A stretch of DNA of 64,000 nucleotides from Saccostrea echinata. Taxonomy: Eukaryota. Position numbers and translations under genes: made by a program. Where the stretch lies: positions 45,322,001 through 45,386,000 of the forward strand of contig NW_026889750.1 of assembly GCF_033153115.1 (NCBI RefSeq). The letters run 5' to 3'. The notes beneath the pieces are model-generated. The model was not told where the DNA came from and did no database searches. It saw nothing but the letters and a program-made list of their open reading frames with translations. How positions within the stretch are numbered: position 1 is the stretch's first letter; the number at the start of each line of letters is the position of its first letter. Below are positions 38,283 to 50,500 of the stretch, piece after piece.

Positions 38283-40770
38283 AGGAACATGAGGCTCATG
38301 GGCCACAATGCTCACCTAACTAACCTGGGCCCGACTGTTCTTCATCAAAAGATTTAAATAATTTTTCTCCTCCTTTATTCACGTGAAAAATCCTTACCCA
38401 TATTACCCATGTGTTCATTACATATATCCTTACTTGAATTCACACACTCTGGGGGTGCTCCACTAACTTTAATATCATTATAAATAACATGGTCTTACTG
38501 TTCTGCATGAGTAGTAAACATACATTAGTAAAGATTGTTCAATAATTTTAGCCCTATTATAACCCTATGATCCATAATTTGAAAAAAAAAAAGAATTCAC
38601 ACAACTTGAGAATGTTTCGAGTGAATTCGATTCGGTGCGGATCACCTATTGTTACCCTACCCAATGGGAACCATGATTAAATAAATTTGAATCTACACTA
38701 CCTGATGATGATTGCATATTATCAATAGGGACTAATAATTATGGCCTTGCTGATCTTGAGAATATTTTAAAACATTTTTTCCTTTAGATTCCCTTAAAAC
38801 TTTGATCCCTATTGTCGCCCGCCTTACCCCGGGGACCATTCTTGAAATTTGAGTCTGCACTGCCTGGGTGATTGCTATTTGATATCACTAATCATGTCTA
38901 GAAAAGAGGATTTTAAATCATTTTTTTCTCTATATATATTTCTAAGTAAAACTGAGATCCCCTTTTGTGTCCACATCTTACCCGCGAGGTCCATGATTTG
39001 AATACACTTGAATCTGTACTATCCGAGAATATGCTTGTCTCTTAATTTATGATAATTAAGTTATAATTTAAGATGCAATTGTCATGTTAAAAAATCTCTG
39101 TAATAGAGGAAATAAAAGATGAATGAATGTAAACCCTTCCCCCGATTTCCATGATTTGAACAAACTTGAATCTGCACTACCGGTGGATAGTTGCATCTTA
39201 ATATCACTAACATGCATGGTCCTTCTTGAAAATTTTTGACAATTTTTCCTATATATTCCCAAGAAAAACTTGGATCCTCTTTTGTGGCCCCACCATACTG
39301 CTGGTGTCAATGATTTCAACAAACTTGAATCTGCACTACTTGGGGATGATTGCATATTAATATGAACAATCTTTTCGTATACGAGGGTTGTCCAGAAAGT
39401 TCGTGGACAAATGCTTAATTTTCTTTATAAAGTCCGCAATGGCAAACATGTACGATAAAATCTTAATATAGACAATGATTGAGTAAATGTACAAAAAATT
39501 AAAACAATGCACACTATTTACTGAACATTACAGGTGTAAAGACTTTGTATATGCAAGTCGCACGGGCCAGTCTGACGTAACGGTTATTTCATGATAACGT
39601 CAGAAATATGAATTTTGAATTTTTATCGCATGTTCATAGACGCACACTATTTTTCTTTATTATGCCACATTGCCAAACATGGCCGTAGGAACCGGGGGGG
39701 GGGGCACGGGCAAAATATAGCTTTTATATGCTTGTGCCCCCTCAATAATAACGTCTGATGACCTTTTCTTTTTTTTTTTTTGTTGTTGTTGCTTGTCAAG
39801 AAATTTTGGTAGTTGATAGTGCCCCTCCAACTGAAAATGTATGGTTGTGCCCCCTCATAGTGAAATTGCTTCCTACGGGCCTGCCAAATGTGTGCAATAA
39901 TATTTATGTATATATTATAATTAATTTAAATTTTGGAATTCAAAACAATACACAATAATTTACGAGCGTCATCAATATTAACACTTCGTAAACACAGGAT
40001 GCACAGCCCAGCCCGACGGCGCTATATTTACAACAACGTCATGAATAGGAATATATCCTACTTTCATCAAATAACAGTGGTTTTCCACTTCTTGTAGTGT
40101 CTCCGAAATTTTACACACCGTTGAAAAATCGTATACACCAATTACAAATCACTAGACTAAATATTTTCCAATAAGTTTAAGTTGTTTGAATAAATATTTT
40201 GTTTTTGACGACGTTTCAACCATATTAACCATAATTGTATGATTAGACGCTGTCCCGTTCGGATGGCCGACGTCGCTTTTTCTGTCAATTTTTGAAACAT
40301 ACTTCTTGCGGTTTTCACTTAATATTTTCATTGTCTATTTAGTAAGCGATACTAAAGGTATCAGAAAATGGCGATAACCGCTTTATTTGTGATATATTAA
40401 ATTTTTATTCCGCTTTGACTCGTTTAAAAAAGAAAATAATCATTTCAATCAGATCACTTTATTTAAAAGTTCATGGCATTTTAACCCTGGTCCGTGCGCA
40501 CTATCGGCGACCTTTAATGACCGAGATTTTCACAAAAATATTAAGTTCAAACAATAAAAACCAAACTATTCTGACTTGGATTTTCATAACTAATATTTTG
40601 GTATATAATAAGCATATCTTGAACCATTCATTTTGACAAAAACGCCATTGTCCACGAACTTTTTGGACAACCCTCGTACACATGTATATTACAATGTATA
40701 TTTTGCACCAATTTTACTTCGGGGGCCATGGTTTGAACAAACTTTGAACCTACACAATGTCAGGAAGCAT
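38283..40770 (-). mobile_element. Degenerate HINE interrupted by a TA-flanked MITE
   Basis: Starts gaggctcatgggccacaatgctcacct; satellite units to ~39370 resume at ~40700-40770. Confidence 0.7.
39382..40676. mobile_element. Tc1/mariner-type non-autonomous element with nested MITE 39678-39883
   Basis: ta|cgagggttgtccagaaagttcgtggacaa ... ttgtccacgaactttttggacaaccctcg|ta; nested catggccgtaggaa..ttcctacgggcctg with ccaaa TSD. Confidence 0.88.
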
Positions 40771-42912
40771 TAATTAACTACACTTTTTTTTTCATTTCAT
40801 AACCGACCAACACGATACACACTTAGCTGATCTATGTAAATAACGGGTTAGCACGACTAACACGATGTACACTCAGCTGATCTCTGTACATAACGAATTA
40901 GCACGACTTTCACGATGTACAATTGGATGTCCTCTGTAAATATCAACTTATTGTCTGCTTGTATGTTTAACGACAATGGCCGAAATTTAAAATACAGCAT
41001 TTAAATCGTGGACTGAATACTCGTGTCGTTTTTTGTACTTTGTTTCGTTTTAGTTTCTAGATTGGGTATCAGTTCTGACTAAATAATGGTTTGGAAATTA
41101 ATATTTAATTTTCTTTCAAGACAATTCAAAATTTTTATGCTGATCGACATTAAAAATGAGGTGGAAGCGTTCGTTTGGGACACGCAAGAACCAAGTTCGA
41201 ACACAATAAATTAAAATTGAACGAATTTTTTTAAATCCAGATCCATTAGGTTTGTCCCCAGATACCCCGGAGAATAAAAAGAAAGATACACGTAATGGTA
41301 TTGATTTAATTAGTTTGGTATGTCTATAGCTTTTATAAAATCATAAGATAATACGTTAATCCACACAGCGTCAGAGGTCCTAAATTCACTTTTGGCCGTG
41401 GACCCTGACGTTGTGAGGATGAAACGCTCTCGTTTATCCATGCATATTAGATAGAAACGATTGTGCTGAACAAAATCATTAATTAAAAAAGAATACTATT
41501 AAATAAGAAACTTTTTTTCATAGATTAAAAAAACTTTAAATACTCATTTGGTCCTCTCTCTATGCTTTTTTTTTTAACCGAGCAATCTATAATTGATATT
41601 TTAAATTTGAAAGAAATACTAGTACTTTAAATAACATGAAGCGGAAACCCAAATGGAAAAAAAATTGTTATGCAAGCAGTATTTCAAAATGGGGAATTTT
41701 AGTGATTAAATGCTTTTTTTTCTAGGTAAATACATTCCGTATTGATATTAGCATGTTGTAATTTTAAGACAACTATACTGATAATAACTAATCATTTGCT
41801 CACATTCTCATTTTTCCACCCTTGTGCATATTTCCCTCTTATTTGCCCATTGTTCTCCACAAAATTCGTGCATAATTTAAATTTCTTTGTTTATCTCTAG
41901 TTCTCCAATATCAGTTTGCATTAAATTGATACCGAATAAGCGTAGATCTTTGAATATAATGCATGATCGTTTTTATATTGTTATGTGTAATTTGTAACGG
42001 GGGAGGACTTATTACTTCATATAAATGCTGAATGCCAACTAATTATGAGTGTCAAATGATTATCTATACCTCTAAACTTTCATATAGTTTAACTTCGAAT
42101 ATATATACTTGCTACATGTATATATTTATGTATTTTGAATTATTATTTGATAAATGATTTGATTTGATTTCATGTAACCTTGTGTTTTGTGAATCAATAA
42201 ATGAAATTGAATTATTCATCCCCCTTTTTAATAGGTACATTCAGTGAATAAATATTTAATTACACTAAAAAAGGGGGCAGGCAATTTGAAGTGCAAACTT
42301 ATTTGAAGAAACATTGAGAATTTAGACTTCATTTTTATATTTAAGCAAAATTTATATCAAATATGAACCAGTGTATACCCAAGTTAATATTCTGGAGACA
42401 ATTTTATTTCTGAACATTTGAAAGCCATATTGCATCAAGATAAAACGTTATTACAGATATACATGTGTATTTGAACATCTGTACTGCAATGTGATTATTC
42501 ACATTCTCGGGTGATTCAGAATGCCCGATATTGCTTTTAAAAAATATTTTGGGGGGACTGTGGTAAACTCCCATCCAAAAAGAAAAGGGTTGTACCTGCG
42601 ACACTCATTACGTCAGAATCTATTCTGATTCGAAGAAATGAATCTTTTCTTCGCAAAAAATAAATTACAGAACGAAGTCGTAACCCGTCAAATTATCTCC
42701 TTTTTGAAGAGGAGAGATAGTCCCGGTGCGGAACACGTTGTCTGTCTGTTACAACAATATACTGTAACTTTGTTGGGCGGAGTAATCTAAATAATTGAAT
42801 TTGAATGTAGGCTACATGTATAACCTAAAGCAAGGAAAACCGCTAAATACTCATTTCAATATTTTATTCACTGTACCCATCGATTGTTGATTTACTTATT
42901 GCTGATCTTATT

Positions 42913-43660
42913 CGTGAAGGAGATGGGTGAACAAGTCGTGTAGAATGCCTATAGCTTCAGATATGTAAAAATTATATTCAATTTGCGACTTTGTATTTAG
43001 AGTAAAGTTATCTTTAATGAGTTTCATGAAATTATGATAAACAAAACTTTTCTGACCAAAATTTTCTCGACAAAATTTATTTGGTTATTAAAAAATAATG
43101 TGGTATTCGTGGGGTTCGAACCCTAGCAATAAAAATCCAAAGTATAAATTTTTCTTTAAGACTAGCACGCTAACCACTACGCTACACAGCTCTTGCTGAA
43201 GTGTGGCATTTAAATCATGTTTGTGATGTGATCTTTGACTAAATGGACTTTTTCGGAAGATGCGAATGTTGCTTCATAAAAGTGTATTTTTAAAGTATAG
43301 TGGGTCATTGCTCCATGCATGTTTTTGTTATCCAAAAAAAAAAATGTATATCTTTACGCAGACTTTGAGAATAAACTTTCCAAAAAAATGGAGCGAAGAC
43401 CCACTCACATCGAAAAATTGTGTTAAAGTATGAGAAAATTATCCCTTTCTGCCCTCTTTAGTGTGTGTATGCTATTTCATAGGCAAATAATTTCAATCTT
43501 TGTAAGATCTTTGCAAATTTTGGAGATTTTACATAAAGTATACTTTAATGTTAGATGAAGTATCAAATAAATTTTGTTATAATACAGATTTAATTTTTCA
43601 CCTTCATGTTTGTCGCACTATAGGCTCTTCGCTCGCCTTGTTCGCCCATCTTCTTCACCT
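42913..43660. mobile_element. TIR element carrying a tRNA-derived segment
   Basis: Imperfect ~40-bp TIR gtgaaggagatgggtgaacaag..gcctatag / ctataggc..cttgttcgcccatcttcttcac; internal A/B boxes at ~43108-43192 (minus). Confidence 0.7.
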
Positions 43661-46600
43661 TATTACATGTACTCCCAAATCGGAATTTACGAAAACTCCA
43701 GAATTGATAAGGCAATATATATAAAGTATTCACATGTATTCATTTTTTTCTAATGACACAACAAATCGCATTTTATGCTCTAAAGAAAAAAAAAAGTCAA
43801 GGGACAGGTATCCTCACAACGTCAGGTCCTGAGTCCAATCATGACCGGGTTCCACGGACACTGGTGGGCTGTATAGAGGGCGAGGTGCAGTTAACCCCAT
43901 TGGAAGTTATTGTTCAAATAAACTCGCATCTCGCAAGCTGTCTATTTAAGGTTCAACAATACTCTGATAAGCGAGATAACTCTTAATGACGAAAATGTTT
44001 ATTATTCCTTTTAGATTTGTCAGGTTGAAATGTCTTTTTTTGTCTAATTTTGCCCCGCAAGCTGTGCTATGATTGTTTGTATTACATGTATACTTAAAAA
44101 TTACATTTCTTTTGGAAAATTATGAATTAAAGCAACATTTTATATGAGTTAGCAAATGGTTTAGGAACCTTAAACGAATGGACGCATATCCCGTGGCTTG
44201 CGACAATGATAGAATCAGTAAAGTGAATACCATTTAATTCCATCCAAGCAAATTATTTTGCCCGGGCTAGACCTTGACCACAACCTATGATATTTGTAAA
44301 GAGAAAATTCAAGGAAGAGGATCAATTATCAAACACCAAAGGAATTTACTGACGATGGTGGTATTGCATATAACAAACATATCAATATTTTGAATCAGTT
44401 CCCAATTCCAAGTGTACTACCCGCTTTAAAAACATTTTAATGCAGTTTTGTGTCATTTAATTATTGAAATACAACAAGCAAAATCAGCAAATTTTCTATG
44501 TGAACATTCTTGATGATAGATTTTATCTATAGAAGAATGTAAACCCTAAATGAATAGGAAGCCGATTCTACTTATTAATTTTTGTGTGTGATGAAGAGAT
44601 CATAAAGCTAATATCTAATGTAAAACCTTAAGGTATGAAAAGAACCATTGAATTGAAAAATTCAATCCTGTTGCATTGCCAGAAGTCGAAAGTTAATTAG
44701 AAACAAAGTCAATAAACCCTTATATTGATTACCCAAGGGAAGGAAGGAAGGTGACTACAGTAATCGATTCCAAAAATATAAAATATTTTGTGTTAAAAGC
44801 TGATATCGAGTGAAAGAGAAATACTAATCAACTAATATGTACGTCAAATTAATTCAAAAGTTTTCCTTGGCAACTCAGTTGGATACAAACAATCAACACT
44901 GACGTAAAAATCTCTGATGACATTGCAACTATTTTAATCATTAGTTGTAAAACAAAATAACGGGGAGAAAAAGATGAGAAAATTTTAATTTTACCGTTTG
45001 AGTTGAATTATGTTTAGAATTTTAAACGTAAAATCGAATTTGTTTCAAAATCTCTGAACATGGGCACATAAAACTTGCTGACAGGATATTGTTTTTCAGC
45101 AGTAGAGATGCCAATACAGATAGTCTCATTTGATGCAAAATCTATTAAAATACCATGCAATAAATTCCATCAGTCTCTTGATTACATTTACAAATGTAAA
45201 TGCTTTTGTTTATTGTTCTTGGTGCATGGAACAAAATCAATCATCCTTCACTATATAGCTGTTTTTAATCTAGGAGAAAAAGTTAATATTCAGTGGCGGA
45301 TTGAATTTGTTTGGGGGAAGGGTGAGACCCTAAGGGGGGAGGGCACGGGAGGGGCAGGACAGTACAACGCGGTGGGGGGGGGGGGGGGGCAAGGGGACCC
45401 GGCCCCCAACTTTTTCTGAGTATAGTATGTTGCTATAAATTTTCATTTAGATGCTGGTTCCCCCCACCCTCCCCGACTTTTTGTTTCTGTAAGGTCGAGC
45501 ACTGGCAAATTCTAGGATTTTGGGCAGTTAAGGAGGTTCTTTTTTTTGCTTTTCAGATTATTTTGAGAAGTTGTCCCCCACTTTTTGGACAGTTTATTTC
45601 GTTAGATTTTTTGGGAGGTTGGCCCCCACCTTTGAAACCGTTTGCTACAGGCCTGGAGGGGTAACCCCACCCATTTGTGGGGTGGGGGTTGGGGATCTCC
45701 ACCGATAATTTTTTTAAAAAATGGCTCCAAATGTTGCATTTTCCAGCATTTTAGATTGAATTGGTTAGTTTTTGCCTTTCTTTCTTGCTTTGACGGGGCC
45801 TCTACTGGACATATACATTTAAGTTATACCACAATTCATTATACAAAGTTGTAACCGTTGAATTTTTTTTATAACATCATTCAACTGTAATAAAAAAAAT
45901 ATTTGCAGATCTTTTGCTTTTAAAATGTTTATTTCAATGTAACTTCCATCTACACAAAAAACACTATTCAATGCAATTTTATTTTACTATAGACTTGACC
46001 CTTTCGGTACAGATCACAACGTAAACCGTTAGAACTGGGGGGGGGGGGGGGTTTACTTTCTCGGTAGTAAAGCTAACTTGATTGGTAAAATACCGGTATT
46101 TTATTAAACGTTAATTTAAGTTTTAAAAAAATGACACTTGTAAAAAACATTAGGCGCCCCCCCCCCCCCCCCCCCCATACACACACACTTATATTGAAAG
46201 AGAATCACGGGTTTTTATATTTTGTGTCGAACACTTTCTCCTGAAATATTTATAAACGCTTATATTCCATATGGCAACTGGTATAAAAAAAATTGTGGCC
46301 ACATAAAAAAAGTCATGAAGTTCACAATTTTTATCACAGGCCAACTGCTCATTATAATCATGCAAACTTTTGCATGTCCATGAATAAAAATGGTACTCAT
46401 TAGCTACATGTATAATGTATTTTCAATATAAAATGAACTTTGTCATCCTTTGACCCAGAAGACTTTAATTCCAACCTCTTACAGAGAAATACCTGCTCAT
46501 TATATTCATAGAAACAGCTAGCCTGCTAATATCTTTGAGTAAAGAAGATTTTTAAAGCTGTAAAGTATTTTCAATATGCAGTCAAACCTTATTATCTCAA

Positions 46601-47508
46601 ATTCAATGGGACTGAGGAAAAAATTCTGAAATTTCCAAGAGTTTGAGATATTGAGGTTACAATACATAAAGAAAAACATGTTTTGGATTACCAACTTCAG
46701 TATTTCCATGGTATTCAAGATATTGATGTTCGAGAAACTGAGAGGTATGACCAGTTTAGCTCCAGATGCTTGAACCCTTGACTCATGGCCGGGATATGAA
46801 TTTCACAATTATAGCAGAGTCTACTGCTCATTTCATAATGTGGTGCATGAACTATGCCTGGATTAAAGTATCAGGTCATAGCTTCATGAACTTTCAAAAC
46901 TGAAATATATTTTATTGTACTTAATTGTCCACAATCTCTGAGATTTATGCGTAAAATGCTCAGCATCTCCAAAAACATCTTTGAGAAACATGTCAAAAGG
47001 TCCTCCTTCAAAGGTCTGATGTTAAATATAAATAAATATTCAAATATTGTTCTCAATTTTTTTCTATTTATTTGCATTTATTTGAGCAGTCCATTCATTA
47101 CTTATTTCCTTTGGCAGTTAAATATTTTTCATACATAAGGATATTCTTAAAGTTGAAGTAATACTCCTCTACAAACAATGATACAGGTTTGTCTACATAT
47201 TCAAGGAAGTTTCTTCTATATGGAAGTAAAAAGTTTCTAAATACAGCACATGGTAGATTGACTGGCCTATAAGGGTGTACTTATTGCTTATACACTGTAG
47301 ACTGAATATTAGTTTACAGTATTGGGTTATATCTAATAGATGATTAATTCTATATAACAACTTCCCATGTGTTATTTGTTCGTGTTATTTGTTGACACTA
47401 AGTTCTTGATGGTCCACATCCTCATTGCTGACAGATTCCCATATCAATGTAATATCCCCAGATAAACACTGTACTTTTAACAGAGAATGATTCATTGTTT
47501 CCTCCCCC

Positions 47509-50500
47509 TCACAATCCCACTAGCTCCTCCTTAGCGATCTTCCTTTTGTGGCTGTTATGAGTGTTATAATCTATTTGATCTACTCTACAGAACTCTCCTG
47601 TGTCCAGATTTTTGGCCATCAGCTGTTCTGGTGCTAAGTTTGGGGTCACATGCTGGATATACACACTGGAAACACAATAGTCCTGTAAATCAAAATAAAA
47701 AAAAGTTTATCACTTTTCCAAACTGAAAAAACACCTGGCAGTTGTTTACTGTAAAGAAAGATTTTTTATGCTGCATTATTTAGTAGTCTAGTCAATGTGG
47801 TAGAGTCATTTTCAGCATGTTCATGCACTATGATACGTAATCTGTGATTATAAAAAATCTACCCAGTTATTTTTCTGTGGTTACCAAAAGAAACTTATGA
47901 AAAGTTGTAAATATCAAAGTAAGTCTAATAATTAAAAATAGTTCAACTTTTTTTATCATGAGATAGTGTAGAGAAGAGGTAAAATAAACAATGTTTACAA
48001 TAATTACTAAATATTAATGTTGATAAATTGTACAAAGTTATGAGACTCATAATACCACTAGATAATGCATAGAAGTGGTGTAGAAAGATTACCTATAGAT
48101 ACTGAACAAAGTATACACACAGAAGTATGTAATATTACCACTAGATACTGTAGAAAAGTGGTACCAATAGTAATTTGTATATGATACCATGAAACACTGA
48201 AGAGAAATGGTACAAATAATATACATGTATTTCTGTACAATTACTAGTACTATAAGTATTGAGAAGTGTTGCAAACAGTATTTAAGTATGATTACCACAA
48301 AGAAATGTGAAGAAGTTATATTAATGTGAAATACTGATAATTTCTGTAACAAACAGTTATTTCTGTATGATAACTGAGATATAATGAATTCTCTATAAAT
48401 ACCATGAAATACTGTAAAGTAGTGGTAGAAATCAGTTTATCAGATACTGTAAATTAGTGGTGAATATCTCTCTAATTACCATCAGATATTGTAAATTAGC
48501 AGTAGATATCTTTATAATTACCATGAGATACTGTAAAGTAGTGGTAGATATCTGTTTACAGCCATTCAGGTAAATCTCCTCCAGGTAGGGACAGTTGTTG
48601 GCGATACAGAAGATGGATTTATCTGTGATGTTGTTCACTCCAGACAGAACAAGGAAAGCTAAATCCTGACAACTTCCACTCAAGGTGCATAAACCAGTGT
48701 CTGTTACCTGTCAAGTATATAAACCACTGTCTGATACCTGTCAGTTATATATACCACTGTCAGATACCTGTCAAGTATATAAACCAGTGTCTGTTACCTG
48801 TCAAGTATATTAATTATAAACCAGTGTCTGTTACCTGTCAAGTATATTAACCATAAACCACTGTCTGTTACCTGTCAAGTATATAAACCATAAACCACTG
48901 TCTGTTACCTGTCAAGTATATAAACCATAAACCACTGTCTGTTACCTGTCAAGTATATAAACCATAAACCAGTGTCTGTTACCTGTCAAGTACATATACC
49001 AGTGTCTGCTACCTGTCAAGTATATAAACCATTGTCTGTTACCTGTCAAGCATATAAACCATTGTCTGTTACCTGTCAAGTGTATAAACCATAAACCAGT
49101 GTCTGTTACCTGTCAAGTACATAAACCATTGTCTGTTACCTGTCAAGCATATAAACCACTGTCTGTTACCTGTCAAGTGTATAAACCACTGTCTGTTACC
49201 TGTCAAGTATATAAACTACCGTCTCTTACCTGTCAAGTATATAAACCACTGTATGTTACCTGTCAAGTATATAAACCAGTGTCTGTTACATGTCAAGTAT
49301 ATAAACCATAAACCAGTGTCTGTTACCTGTCAAGTATATAAACCATAAACCAGTGTCTTTTACCTGTCAAGTATATAAACCAGTGTCTGTTACCTGTTAA
49401 GTATATAAACCATAAACCAGTGTCTGTTACCTGTCAAGTATATAAACCATAAACCAGTGTCTGTTACCTGTCAAGTATATAAACCAGTGTCTGTTACCTG
49501 TCAAGTATATAAACCATAAACCAGTGTCTGTTACCTGTCAAGTATATAAACCAGTGTCTGTTACCTGTCAAGTATATAAACCATAAACCAGTGTCTGTTA
49601 CCTATCAAGTATATAAACCAGTGTCTGTTACCTGTTAAGTATATAAACCAGTGTCTGTTACCTGTCAAGTATATAAACCAGTGTCTGTTACCTGTCAAGT
49701 ATATAAACCAGTGTCTGTTACCTGTCAAACACTGGTACCTGTCAAGTATATAAACCAGTGTCTGTTACCTGTCAAGTATATAAACCAGTGTCTGTTACCT
49801 GTTAAGTATATAAACCAGTGTCTGTTACCTTTTAAGTATGTAAACCACTGTCTGTTACCTGTCAAGTATATAAACCATTGTCTGTTACCTGTCAAGTATA
49901 TAAACCACTGTCTCTTACATGTCAAATGCATATCATTTTCCTGTTACCTTACTATACATCCTCCCTGATATCTACACTCCTGAGTCTTTTTTTTTACCTT
50001 ACTACATCCTTTGATTCCCAGCCTCTGGAGTTTGGGAGTGTTCTGAGCCAGCAGACACAGGAGATTGTCATCCACACATCCAACCCCTCCCAAATCTAGA
50101 CTGCACAGATTATTACAATAGGTAGCAGCTGCACACAATACCTCATAGCTTATCTAAGGCAAAATAAATTGTACATGTAGATCAATCAATATTATTATTC
50201 ATACATGTGTATATAATTATTTTCATAAGATTTTTATTCTAATTACCTGAAAATTACAACTGAAATTATTAAAATAAATTCAAATTTTAATTGTTCTCTA
50301 AAAATGATTTGCTACACCTCATCTTGAAACTATATCTTAATGATGAGTTTTAAATGAAATCATATTATTCCACACTTTAATTGTTTTAAATGACACCAAA
50401 TTGCTACCTTTCTGGAGGACAGGAATAGCTTGGTGATGTGCTGAGCCCTCTTTGGGTCCTCTAGTAATGGTAGGAGAGACTCCCCTGTAAACTCATGACA

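Noticed and set aside
43108-43192. Functional tRNA gene
   Set aside because: A and B boxes are present but I cannot fold a proper acceptor stem or anticodon arm; it is embedded in a TIR element.
49099-50099. Repeat ORFs (SVTCQVYKP, HWFIYLTGNR)
   Set aside because: Translations of the intronic 30-bp array; not in the exon frame, or on the opposite strand.
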